Origin: Phoronis australis
Lineage: Eukaryota; Animalia; Phoronida
Assembly: GCA_002633005.1 (NCBI GenBank)
Contig: NMRA01000344.1
Span: 1 to 64,000 of the forward strand
Length of the DNA stretch: 64,000 nucleotides
Direction of reading: 5' to 3'
A model generated the notes under the pieces. The model saw nothing but the letters and a program-made list of their open reading frames with translations, searched no databases and had not been told where the DNA came from. Shown here in pieces: positions 13,371 to 26,764 of this stretch. Made by a program: the position numbers and the translations under genes. Position 1 is the first letter of the stretch. Each line of letters starts with the position of its first letter.

Positions 13371-15194
13371 CTCAATTGGGTCAAAAATGTTATCCCTGTT
13401 TTTCAAAAATATGTGGTGACTGTTCTACAGTTTCACATAAAATTAAATAATTACTATTTTCAGAAACCAAGGGTGTATATAATAAGTATTGCATAAAACT
13501 GTGTCTTTATTTTTTATTCTTAGCCATAACAATTTTTTAAACGTAAAACTTGTCTGCAAAATATACAAGTTTTTTGAGACAACTTCAAACCTTTGTTACC
13601 AATTTTCAAGCCTTTTTAATTTTAAACTCCGATTACAGGTTAATGGGTCTGTCAAGCATACTTCTAGTCTAAGGTTGAGTGGGCTACAATAACTAGAGGG
13701 AGCGCGTGTACTAGCGGTGATAGATTAACAGCCTCGATTTCGCGAGCCCTTTAAATACATAGTGAAATGGCTTGCAGCCGTGCCAACTGAATCTGAGGTT
13801 GCGTGAAAGGGGTGCTTCTATGACAGGAAGTAAGCACGACCTTACACAAAGGTAAGGTTTGTGATTATTTTAACGATTCCATGATTATTCTACCGATGCC
13901 TGTTAACTGAGGTACTCGCCGATGTCGACTTCGCGGCAGTCGGTTATCTTTGTTTGTTGTGATCTGTGATACAATAATTGACGTAGCAATCGGGATCTTT
14001 TCGTACATCAAATCATTATTTTTATTTGGAATGATTTCTAACAGTTTATCATTGACAGTTACATCAATCAATGCTGAATGTTTATGCTGTCACCTCGATA
14101 CAGGTTAATGAGTTAAGATTACAATCCAAGCCCAATGGCAAAGGGTACATGACAAATATCCATTGCATTAGACAATTTGTTTACTCCCTATCATATGTCT
14201 TCTGGAAATCTATTACACGTTGAAATGGAAATCTATCACGTCTGTTTTCACGTAACCTTTGGTTTTTAGATTTGAGGGCTTGTACCGTGCAGAGGAGATA
14301 TGGATCGTTTCTGCACCGTCCCTGAATGGACAAAAATTGGTTTTTAGCATTTGACTGTAGCTAACCAACAAGATCTTCCCATCCAGTGCAGATCGGTAGT
14401 CAAAGCCTACTTTCAATATTGGAGACAACGAACAAAGCCTTTGAAAAGGAACAGCTATTTTTAAAGAAAGGTATGTAGGTCATTTTGTTAATTTACTTAT
14501 TCAGGTCCTTAGCGGGGGATAGGCATGGGGAGTTGGGGTTGAAATATTTGGTACATCTGAATGTGTGGAAATAACAGGTAATAGATATTTGGGGAAAATA
14601 GCATGGTGAGATAATCCTTGACCTTCATGAATTCCCTTCAAGTTGATCTCATGAAAGTGTTTTGCTATTTGTGTCAATTGTAAACCCGCGAAAATATATT
14701 ACATTTTCTGAATTCACAGTGACTGAATAGTCATAACTCATGCCTTGAAATATTGCAAGTCGTTATAAATTCAAATGACTGCCATTTTTGTGAAAATTGC
14801 ATTTTTGAGGGTGCCTTACGATTTGTAATTACTTTTAAACAACAGAAAGATTATCCATCATTTTTCAATGACCCAAGTCGGTTCACTCAACCTTAGACTA
14901 GAAGTATGCTTGACAGACCCATGGACCTGTAATCGGAGTTTAATATTACAAAGGCTTGAAAATGGGTAACAAATGTTTGAAGTTGTCTCAAAAACTTGTA
15001 TATTTTGCAGACAAGTGATGCGTTTACAAATTGTTATGGCTAGGAATAAAAAATAATGACACAGTTTTATGCAATACTTATTATATACACCCTTGGTTTC
15101 TGAGAATAGTAATTATTTAATTTTATGTGAAACTGTATAACAGTCATCATATATTTTTGAAAAACAAGGATAATATTTTTGACCCAATCTGGAG
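13371..15194. mobile_element. Non-autonomous element with about 310-bp TIRs and TA flanks (Tc1/mariner-like)
   Basis: 13371-13680 is the reverse complement of about 14884-15194 (e.g. GGGTCTGTCAAGCATACTTCTAGTCTAAGGTTGAGTG); TA on both sides. Confidence 0.85.
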
Positions 15195-16647
15195 TACTTA
15201 ATTATTCATAGGTCAATATTTGTTCCAGGTTCGGTGACATTTTAAGGCCACTTCAAGCTGTATCATAGACAAGCTTTGTTACTCCGTTCTCTTCCCACAG
15301 CACTTCCACACACCAGCAGTGTTGCATGGCATAATGTACAAGTCAGTGGCCCTGGAGAAATGTGAATCGCACTACTAAGTTACCATAAGACAATGTGCCA
15401 GTGGACTTTCTGTATATTCAAACGAACTATATCTGACTGCTAAACAAGTAAGCCTTGTTGATGAGGATGCCCTTTCATAGGCAATGAGTCATGTGTGTAC
15501 AATAGCTTATTTCCTTTCCTGGAAGAAACATGAGGCACTGAAACTAAAGAAGACCTAGTGACACTCTGGTCTAGTTCAGGGTCTGATTTTGGACTCAAAA
15601 CGATTCAAGTGGTATGCTGCTGTGTTTACCTTCAAGGGTCTAATTGTGGATGTTACTGAGGCTGAATAAGGTTACATGAAAGAAAGCCACGTGTCGAAAC
15701 TGGACCTTTTTTACAAGCACTTCTATAGGCCATTGAAACTAGATACCAGTGAAATGAAAGCCAAAAGCTGAGTGGCATTAAATTTTCTTTTCAGAAGAAA
15801 GGCTTTATACTATTGGTAAAAAATTTGGTACACATTATGGGGAAATGATATTCAGTGACTGCATCGATTGTCTTATTGTACGTTTTCAATTGTGAGTTAG
15901 CTGGATAAGAATCTGCTATGCACAAGATTCGAGAATAAACAATTATCAGTGTATTTAAAAACAAATGGCAAACTGAAAAAGCACAGAAAGAAACAACATT
16001 GCGACGGAGTCCATAATCAGGCATATCAAGTGCTGAATTTCTGAATCACGTTTAGTTCTCTCAGGTTATTGCTGAAGGATTGCATTTCACTTTGTCCAAA
16101 GGTAAAATAGATGGTCAGGCAGTTGCTTCCAGTTGTTTTCTCTCACCTGTAGCAGAATAGTCGGAGAAGTATTAGCAAATTGTAAAAGAAAAGACAAGAC
16201 AAAACTACTTTGTAAGGCAGAACATACTTGACGTTTCATCTTCATGTTTCTGTGTAGAAACTAATAACCTTTGTACCCAAGTCTTATTTAATATTTGAAT
16301 TAAAATATGTGAAACCGGCTAAAAGTGATTTAACAATGTGTACTTTTCATGACACTTAAAATAGGCTTCTGATCTCAACAAGAAAAATTCATTCTAGGCG
16401 TCAATTTGTTTCCAGTGCAATGTTACGACATTTACTCACTACTGTGCATCACGTACCATACACCTCTTATTTTGGGACCACTCCCACCCAGGACAATATG
16501 AATATGTGCTGCTAGCCTACCCGGCATCGGGTGAGTTTCCTAAAAGAAACACTTAGTTCCACTCAATAAACCTGTTATTCAGTGAGGTAACTGGTGGGGA
16601 TAACATCACCGAACGATGTTGATAGAAACTGATTGCTAAAAACTTAC

Positions 16648-16802
16648 CAAGTAATGTTGTGTTGTCTCCGAATGGAACTGCATAGTCATAGAGCACACAC
16701 GGGGCTTCAGCATCCACACACTTTTTGTCAGTTAGTTGACCCTTTGGACCGCAATTGTCCACGAATATAGCAACTTAAGGTCTTTTGGGAATTTGTGGCC
16801 AC
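16648..16802 (-). pseudogene. Possible frameshifted exon of a small cysteine-rich (Ly6/uPAR three-finger-like) protein
   Basis: CAG acceptor and GTAAGT donor; VATNSQKTLSCYI then, in another frame, VDNCGPKGQLTDKKCVDAEAPCVLYDYAVPFGDNTTLL; restoring 2 nt gives LSCYICVDNC. Confidence 0.3.
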
Positions 16803-17354
16803 CTGTCGAAGACTTGCACCAAGGAAATTAGCAGTAATAAGGCTTAGCGCGACGACGTATTTTGATAACAATTCCATCTTTTACCAGTTGTTTACATGCA
16901 GACAGACACGCATGCGCAATTCAATCACCACTAGTACAGCAGCGACACCGCGAGAATTCTCCGAATAGACCCATTCTTTTAATTATCGACTGGAATATCT
17001 TTTTAGGAAACACACTCAACAGTTGTAACCATGATACAGTTCGGCAAGTCGTCTACAAAATCAACTTAGTTTTGCAAAACATGCAGGGAAAATTGTGTCA
17101 TATAAGAACTCATCCTGGATCTTATGGAAATTGTTTTTCGATCATAGGCTAATTTGCAAATGGGAATTTATAAATCTTGTTGCTCGTTGGAAACGAAACT
17201 GTGTGACATAAAAATTGGAATTCAAATACGTCATCCAAGGCTTCTTTAAGACGCATGCAGTTGCCCTCGATCTCAAACATTTTACACCAAAAACACAATT
17301 TTTTTCTTTGCACAATTTTTCTTTTTTTTNTCCAACCTGTTGTCTTTGCTTATC

Positions 17355-18219
17355 AACTATAAATCAACAAAAATTGTGGGATGGCACGGTCCCGACATCC
17401 CATTTGCCGATTAGAAATAAACAATGATTCTGGGGTGGCACGGCCCTGACACACCCTTGACCAACTATAAATCAACAATGATCGTGGAATGACACGGTCA
17501 TGACACCCCTTTCATGAACTATAAAGCAACAATGATTGTTGGATGGCACGTTGCCGACACTCCTTTGACCAACTATGAATCAACAATGATTGAGGATGAC
17601 ACGGTCTTGACACCCCTTTGATCAACAAGAAATCAACAAGGATTATGGGATGACACAGTCCCGACACCCCGTCTGCGCCCAGCTATAAATAAAGAATGGT
17701 TGTTGGACAGCACGGTCCTTACCTCCTTTGACCGACTAGAAACCCATTACAATTGTGTAATGACACGGTCCCGACACCTCGTCTTTGCCCAACTATAAAT
17801 CTACAATGGTTAATTGAAAACGCAGTCCTCAAACCCATTTGACCATCTAGAAGTCAAGAATGATTGTGGGATGACACGGTTCCGACACCCCTTTGACCAA
17901 CTACAAATCAACAATGAGTGCAGATGACAGGGTCCCGGCACCCCTTTGACCGAAACAATAAATCAAACGTGATTGTGGGATGACAGGGTCCCGACACCGG
18001 TTTGAGCATTTATAAATCAACAATTATTGTGGGATGAGACAGTTCCGGCACCCCTTTGATCAACAATAAATCAACAATCGTTGTGGAATGACACGGTCCC
18101 CGACATCACTTTGACCTACTACAAATCACCAATTATTGTTGGATGAGACGGACTCGACACCCCTTTGACCAACTATAAGTCAACAATGACTGTAGGATAA
18201 CAAGGCCCCGACACCTCTT
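17355..18219. repeat. Minisatellite, about 16 copies of a 54-bp unit
   Basis: Consensus AACTATAAATCAACAATGATTGTGGGATGACACGGTCCCGACACCCCTTTGACC; diverged copies, no unique spacers. Confidence 0.92.
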
Positions 18220-19811
18220 AGGCGTTACACCTTGTTGGCATTTCAAAATGAGGATGAATTATACGCATGTTTTTGGAGCCAGTCACAATGAAAAAAGATA
18301 ACATTTTGTCACCATTAAAAGGTCATAACCCACCTCGTTTGGCCAAACTAACGCAAAGTGTGTAAAAAATTGAATCAATTACTGGACTTACGGATTGAGT
18401 TGGCTACGTGTGTCCTCCTTTCGAAGACTTCATCAGGCCACTGAGGTGTCACGTGACTCGTCATGTGATCCACAGCAAAGCGACATGATAAGAGGATGAC
18501 AGTGTTTCCCAAGATAGACACATGCACAACTAACACACTACAGTATGTGTCACTTGCCGGTGCAACTTGTTCGTGTATGTGCTCAACTCCGCAGTCTTTT
18601 GTCTATCGTGTTTCGTGCTTTAATTCTGAAAATAAAAATATTAAATTTTAAAATCAGTTGCGTTTCAGGATCAAGGCAGCGTTGGAAGTGCAGTCGTGAA
18701 GAAGCAGACATTGACGCTACGTTACAATAGACCTTATATACCTGCATTACAATAGACCTCAGGGTATCTTGAATGTACCACTGTACATTACAGTAGGTTT
18801 CACAGCAGTATCATGAGTCCAAATCAACAAGTGTTTCATTTGTACTTTTATCAGCAATAGTAAAACAGTAATCAATGGATGCAACCACCCAAAAACGCAA
18901 TACACAATAATACACATGTACAGACCCACACATGCGCGTGCATACAGGCACAAGCCAGGGCACACACACGCGTACTTCCGGCTTCCACCGTCCACTGAGC
19001 ACGGTGTTTGCTAATCACTTGACGGATGTTCGTGAAATTTTGCAAGACGCGTTGTTATGGTACTTGGGACGGCAAGAGCGCGATTTCAGATCAGTTCGAG
19101 ATGCCTAGTGACAATTAGCCTCAGTATCTACCGAGCTCCTGGGCCGACTTTCATGAACTTTTGGTGAATGCGTTTTCATTATAGAGTCAACACCTTACAA
19201 TTTCCAGACAGATTCTACGTAGACTGGGACTCCAGTTGCCATTTTATGCCCCTACATATAAATGTGTGGTCGCATATTGTCGTCGTACCATCCGGGTGTC
19301 CGGTTGTCCTCTCGAAATCTCACCCAAAGTAATCGGATCTTTATAAAGTTTGGTACAGGTGTGCCAAGCATGGTCTACAACAATTAGGAACTGCCAGTTT
19401 TTTGCAAGACAAAATAATCAACACTTACCTGCGAACAGAGAAGTAAGTGGCCCATATCAATCTTTGACGAAACGCGGATTTATTGCCACTTGACAAAAAC
19501 CTTGATTTGAAGTAAAACAGATCTTTCTCGCGATGTCAGTACTGGCCACAGTCCTCTGTTTTGTGGCTCACTTTTTAAAATGCACTAACGTACCCACAAT
19601 GTATTATAAATTAGCATAGCGTCAATGCTTTAAAGTAATTTATTTCAAATTGAAACGATCGCGATGCCGTAAGTGAGGTCTATTTTATACATACTAAAAC
19701 CCAATTTGCAACATTTTTTCTTCAGCAAAGTTTGGAGTCAGGAAAAACAGATATGTTTCAATATGTCTATGAAAATTTGTTCCATCAAAAATAGCACATC
19801 TTCCTGGTGGA

Positions 19812-19921
19812 TCAAATGGCGCTGATGGCAATGACCAGTAATAGAACAGCGGTATGGAGATGGTCACTAATTATTGACGAAGCTCCATCTTTAATCTCTT
19901 GGGTGTTGTCGTTGGGTGCAC
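19812..19921 (-). CDS. Candidate terminal exon encoding a GPI-anchor-like C-terminus
   Basis: TATTTTTAG acceptor, phase 1; (G)APNDNTQEIKDGASSIISDHLHTAVLLLVIAISAI-stop: small-residue cluster DGASS, spacer, hydrophobic tail ending at the stop; AATAAA on the minus strand at 19644-19639. Linkage to the TSP1 exon is inferred from phase only. Confidence 0.6.
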
Positions 19922-22900
19922 CTAAAAATAAACGTGCGGATTTATAAACTGTGTCCTTACAACGGCTCAACAAGTAGCCTTAATAAACACAGCTCCAGAC
20001 CGACAGCACATGCAAGTAAATTATTTGAAAGGAACTCCTCACTACAGAGCAGTCGAAATAATCAACCTGGGGAACTCGAGCGAGGCCACGTGACATCTTC
20101 AGCGAGCACTTCGAAATTTAATGTCAGTGTTATTGCCAATATCATTTTCCGGTAGCGACTTCATCGTTAAATTTGGAATCCGCTTCGTCAAACATCGCCG
20201 CCTCAATTGCAAGATTTTGGTAGATCCTAAATGATATGGTAAATCCGTCCCTGGCGCCGTTTCACAAGATCGCTATGTTTCTTATACACTCTGGTTTTAT
20301 TTGTATCATATGGAGCAAATAAAGCAAGACGGGATATCAACTCGAAGATTTTCGTCTGGCCTTCGACGCACCTTCGCCGTACTCTTTGATAGATTACTTT
20401 CTTTGAAATGCGTTCTACAGGTATTGAAGAATAAGGGATGAATACATAAATACAGTGGCGTGTACAGATGTACTAGGAAAACACAGGAGGTAGGTTTTAT
20501 CAAAGTTAGTCAGTCTGATAGGAGCCAAGACGTTCGGTTATGGTCCCTTGAGCAATGGTGCAAGAAAGGTTCCAGCAAACCCGATGCTCTTAGACTTACC
20601 ATCTTGCTGTGAACCTATCCAGGTCCCAGGTATTCAGCATACGCGTTAGGAGTAGAAACACCGCAGAAAAAGACCTAATTGGTATCTTTACATCATTTTT
20701 GGTTTTGTGTGTTTCATTTGACTCATATTACACAATCGCGCTGCGGTGTTCATGATATCTGAGATCCTAGAAAGGGAGACAGTCCACCTTCCGAAATCCC
20801 ATTGTACGGCCACTGGCGGACATTGTTGTTTCATGGACCGTAGCTGCCGTGTACGCAATAAACAAATATGGCAATATATGACGGCTCCCGTCAGTAGAAA
20901 AGCAATGGTGCTTTTTGCAATCCCTACGGCAGCAGCAACAGTTAATTGAAAATTCGTGACTTAGGCTTTTTTTTGCTTCCCCATTGATTCAAATAAGTCC
21001 ACGATTGAAACAGGATATTTCTGCGTGAAACTGTTGCCAGTCAGCCAGCGGTGGAGTGGGTGATTTGAACTTAATTTTTATTCTTGTTATATTATCATAT
21101 ATTTGTTTTTATGTATTCTTCAGTTTTATTTATTATTATTATTTATGTAGTTTTATTTATTTACTTATTCATTGTTTTTATTTATTCGCTGTTACTCATT
21201 TGAATTAGTTCTTGTGATCCCATGCAGTCAACATTCTGGCTGACGTTGGTCAATAATCTATATCATATGTTGATGGTATGGACTTCAGTGCATAATAAAT
21301 ATTAATTGTATTGTTTGGTAACCTGCTTGATAATTTGCAATAGGAACTGTCGAAGGAAGTGTTCTTTTAAAAGCATATCGAGCCTTACATCGGTGTGTAC
21401 TTCGGTAATATGTGTATTACCTTGGAAACCCAGTTACACTCAGTGACGATGTTTGTTTAGTCAAAAAATAAGGCGTCCTTGTGTTATTTATTTTGAAGTT
21501 GGCCTGCTGACGTAGGCTGAATATACCTTTAACTAACTGCTGACGGTTGATTTAAAAAAATGTGAATGATTTAGGAGAGCTGGAAAGCATCGTCAAAAAC
21601 TACACTAAATGGATTGTGTATCCAATAGGCATATTGGGTGTTTGATGGGTACATACAAGGAAGGTTTACTGGACTGCAGGCAGGATTTCCATCTCTTGCC
21701 TCCAGTTTTATTCACCACAACCCACCCCAACTCGCTACTCGTTTCAGGCACACACACCCGCTAGGTGTCGCCACGGTCCATGCCACAATAACGGCGGCGG
21801 CCAAAATGAATAGTCTTGTCAACGACCTTCATGAGAGGTCATCGATGGGGTGCGCGAGATGACTCATATGAAGTGTGAATTCGCTAAGACAAGGACGCTG
21901 CGACAAGGTCACTACAGATCGCAATTCGCCCTGGAGGCCGTGAACGTGACAGCACGGAATGAAATCGATTCTGTTCTAAATAATGGTAAAAATAGTTTCA
22001 TTGGAATATCCATTACTGGTGGAGGTACGTGATCCACTTAGTAATAATTATTTTACAATGAATTTAGGTGCAAAAAGTTGGGCAGCCAGAGAACCTTAAT
22101 AGGTACAGCGATTACGTAATTTTTTGTAACTTATCACACGAATTATTATACAAACATACGCACCACGGTCTGGTACAAGAAAATAGTCATCAGTCACAAT
22201 AAATGACCTTATAACGCCTATACACACTCTCCTTTTTATCTCTGGAAACGGAACTTGCGACGCACCTATTATTTTCGGGAAAAACTTCGAACATAAAATG
22301 TATTAATCTAACCTCTCCTTCCCATAATGCAGTTTTCATGTACTTTGGCCATCACCGGGAATTTTATTCATCTTACTGCTTTTTTGTTTCGAACGGTAGT
22401 GACTCTTGGTGCCGAATTAAGCCAACGGATGTTTCAGGATTCGGTAGTGCCATAGGCTATATCGTATACTAATGAAAACTTTAATACTAAAGTCGTGTAA
22501 ACTTTGTCAAACTATTTATTTGTTGTCCTTTTGCATATTTAGAAGAAAAAATATTTCGGAAAATAATATTATGGCAGTGATTGGATGCGTTTAAGTGCAG
22601 GAAGAAGAGCTGCTGTCACATTTCTGTTAATTTCAGTTGCTGTGAAACAAAGCGGTCCAAAGATGGCTTAAACCTACCCATAGATCGACCCTAGTACAAG
22701 TGAAACACTTGATTTCTTCTATAACTCAAGTCTAAACCATTATTGAAGTAGTGTGATTTTAATAAACGCGCTACGACTGAGACAAATACCCAGGCTTGTT
22801 GTTTAATATTCGCGTTAACTGTTCAAAATGTACTAGAGCCATCAGACATATGATTTGCCAGTGCAGATTCACTTTCAATCAAGAACAATATTAAAACGTA

Positions 22901-22972
22901 GTTCTAGCATTAAATGACCCATTGCCATCTTCAATCACCATCTGGTTTGGACAGTACAGACAGTGTTCACCC

Positions 22973-23781
22973 GGGATTTGTTCTAAAACCACCTCAAATC
23001 CACACCCAACGAGCCCCTCGAACCACTAACCCCACTACCCAACCACCACGACCCACAACCCCCGCGACCCACCACCTGCGGCAATAGAGGCATCGTTGCG
23101 CTTTTTTCAAATTCCATAACCTTGTTACGTCATTGAGAGACTTTCCCATAGCACTTACGCTGGCTCAAGACTGGTGGTTAAAACAGAAATTGGCATAGGA
23201 ACATGATCTGAAATAACGGATTGTGAGTGTGCTATTGTTGCCACGGAAACGGTTCCACAAGCGGCTGCCAATGACACTGCTTTAGTAAACTAAGGGAGGA
23301 AGTGTGGTATCACGTTTACACATAATTCCCCATCTTTAGTATTGCTTCCTGTCGTATACTCGTTTACAATATGCTACATGTAACTTCAAAATTAGTTAAC
23401 AGTTTGTTTGAAACTGTATTTACTGAAGAAATTATGATATTTGTGGTCTTATCGAACTCTCACAAAAGTAGCATGAATCTGCCATTCACTGAACAGCAGA
23501 CCTGACGATTACACTCTGGATTTAATCAGACGATTAGTAACGTTGGTATGTCTTTCAAATAATTTGGTAGTGTTTTTTTTCAGACTTGCCGAATCGATTT
23601 ACTCAATAGCAAAAAATGGGGAAAGTCAAGCAAGCACACGACCAGACTCGTTGTTCCTACAAGTCAGCGCTTTTACTATGTTCAGATCGAGGCGAGCATG
23701 TGTAAACTGGGTCGAGGGGGTTGTAGGTCGTGGGTCGAAGGCTTCGTAAGGTGTGGGGTTGAGGGAGTTTTAGAACTATCT
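22973..23781. mobile_element. Second, inverted and diverged copy of the 8591-9477 MITE family
   Basis: Shares CAAGTCAGCGCTTTT..ATGTTCAGATCGAG and GGCAATAGAGG segments in reverse orientation, with the same CGACCC/GGGTCG subterminal repeats. Confidence 0.75.
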
Positions 23782-24266
23782 CTCATACGGTTACCTTTCC
23801 CAGTATACATGGTAAACGCTTTCCACCATATCACCGAGGTACTCAACAATATCACCGAGGTACTCCTGATGTTTGCTAGAATGTCTATGGCTGAGCAATG
23901 GGTGGAATAGATTTGGGTTCCAGGTTCATGTTAGTTCCGTCAAAACAGGCGACACAGACGTTATATCGTCTCTTAAACATGCATGCAAAACGAAAACTAG
24001 TACGATGAGTCTTTAAGAATGAAATGAACCTACAAATTGGTGCCAAAGAAATTCAACATTTTTTAACTTGTAACAAAGGATCTATTCTATCGTCCACTTG
24101 TTCAAAGAGTGGCCACGGCCCACAAGGCTAATTGCTGTCCTAATTTGGTCCCTACACCACCGTATTACTTTCCTAAGGCACGCTCTTGCGAATGATTGTG
24201 TTTTAGAATGTTTGTTACACATGCGCACTCGCCCCACGAATCTTCCTCACGCTCACGCTCACTTAA

Positions 24267-25907
24267 AGGAGCATGCCACCCCAAAACAACCTAATTTGCA
24301 TCAATTTAGATCGAGTAGTTCTACTCCATAAGGACACGTACGGTTGCGTTACCTGACACCTGACGGCAGACGGAGGTGTTGAAATTATCCAATGACATCA
24401 TCGGTCTCACACGCAGTGTGTTCAGCAGTTCACAACATGGGTTACTGGTGTGAGCTTATCGCTTGAAGTAATCGTTTAACACCAATAAATCATCAAACTT
24501 CGTTGTAAAACCCTTAAAAATACACCGAGTTCTTATAAAAACGTGTTGTTTTATTTCGCTCAAAGTTTGGCAGGCTAATAAATTCTGTAGCAGGAGTTTG
24601 GGGTCTGTTTGGAGATAATTTCGAAGTATTTTCCGTGAGATACAGACAGAAGAACCTAGATCTGTGTTGTTTAGACTTGTGATTTTTTGAGTTCTAAACA
24701 CAAAACGCTTGTTATCCTGACCAGTAGCTCGGAGCCCGATCAGGCCCGTCGCTGACGGCCAGATTGACTCGTTATCCCGGCCAGTGGCTTGGAAACTGAT
24801 CAGACATCACGAACATAAACCAGCCAAAGTTCAGTGGAAAGTAAACTTCCAGTCAAGAAAATACTATAGTAGTGAGCCAAAGTAATGTGCACGTGATTAT
24901 GTTGGTGAATTAGCCACGAAACTGCAAATCTACTTACTCGTCGGGGGCCGCGAATTCAGGTTCCGCTTTGGCCACAGCACCGTCAGGGCAGAAGTTGTAT
25001 AATGTACATTGACAATCATTATTTGAGTAAAGTCAATGTAAATAAAGATTACCCTATCACCTGGCCGTGGGATGGAAATCGAGTTGTTTCACAACAGTTT
25101 CTGCCAGCATACACTAAATTAGTATGAGTTCACACGGCCTCGGTGTCCCGTCAATTAGGCCTAAAGCCGGTAACGCAGTGATTTATTCATTACTGGCTTC
25201 TCAAATCATTTGCACTCACGAACACTCCACAGGCATTACAAATTGCATCTTAAGAGACAGACTTTGTTTAAGTTTTATATAAGTATTGGTTAGGGTGAGA
25301 ATAATTCATTTTGAAACAGAACGCTCAGTAATAAACGCCAACATGGCAACTCGCAATCCCGACTTAGGACGAGCTAGAGCTCATCAGTCCCGACATCGCA
25401 GGTGGATCGTTAAGTTTTAAAGGCTATGAATTCGAACAAGAATACAATGATGAAGAAATACTAGAGAGGCGCCGTGAACAAGCTCAGACAACGGAACGTA
25501 TGGAGTTATTTGGTAAGCCGGCATTGGTCAGGCACTGTCGACATCGGCAGGCCACAGACCCGGAGATGTTTCACGGCCTCATACTTGCTATTTACAGCGT
25601 ACATTTCATTCTTCACTACCATGAGCCACTTCCTAAGCATCTCGGACTCTCGAGGAAGTAAAAAAGACGATATACCCGCTTTCCTCGCAGCTGCTTTCGT
25701 TGTTCGGACAAGCGGGAAAGATGCACCGCATCTGAGCGGCATTCACTCTGCATATGAACCACTGACGTCGCTAGCGTCGTTTCTCACCTTCCTCGCAGGT
25801 TAACGCGACACCTCTTGGCAAGGTAAGGTCGACCGTATACGAGGCGATGTGGATATAGACCGATTAAGACGACAAAAAAGACTAATTAAATCGGGTGGTA
25901 TTCTCCT
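24267..25907. mobile_element. Kolobok-like non-autonomous DNA transposon
   Basis: TTAA-AGGAGCATGCCACCC ... GGGTGGTATTCTCCT-TTAA; decayed interior includes GYEFEQEYNDEEIL (about 25420), resembling the PY.FEP acidic N-terminus of Kolobok second ORFs. Confidence 0.7.
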
Positions 25908-26764
25908 TTAAGGCCCACATGTACGAAATGGCGATGAAAGCAGTGGTTGAGGAAGTCTGATAACACAGTTCAGGAACACTTATCAATGTGAAATAGACCA
26001 ATGACTGTTCAGGAATGTGCATGTTGTCACCAAACCCGAAAGTTGTGAGTGTCCATCTGTGGCCACGTGTTTCAAGTTGGTTTGACTATAACAACAGTTT
26101 TAGTAAGGAAGAAGACCGGAGTGAGGCCATTTAATAATGCTTATTCACTGAGGCCGGCATTTTTCATCAAAATACGGACAACTGCATCCCCTTGAATGAC
26201 CATAAGTAGACTGAATGCCAGTCTTTAATTGTAAGTTGTGTAAATCACGTACTGGAACACGATGAGTCATGCCAAATGTAACAAACCTTTGGGCTTATCG
26301 GTTTACGTTTGTCTAGTGACCAAGTGTGTGTTCTTTTCTAGAATATTGCGTAACATGAACAGCATTGTGTTTGTGTCGTGTGTTCCCGTAGTGATCCAAT
26401 ACGGCGCAAAGAGCTACTATTGCTGGTATGACTTGACAAACGTACAATGTACGCTTGTGTTGCTAAAGCCTTGTTGGGACTGGTAGCCTAGTACGTCTGA
26501 ATTAAAACAATTCTTTCAACGGAAGCTTTGCCATGTGTAAAATACGTTTAGGCTATACGAGTAAATTGTGCAGAAATCAGTAGTCACTCAACCTTTCACT
26601 AGTAACCAGACTGAAGACTCGTTAGTAAATCTACATGTACCCTTCGATACCATGGTAAAAGTCGATGAAACAAGAAAAGGTAATAACTAGCTGAAATGTA
26701 AAACGAGTTTAAAAGAGATTGTTGTTTTCACCCACATACTTACAAACGCGCTAACGTTAACAGC

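Noticed and set aside
17355-18219. CRISPR-like array
   Set aside because: Whole units are homologous with no unique spacers, there are no cas genes, and the context is eukaryotic; it is a minisatellite.
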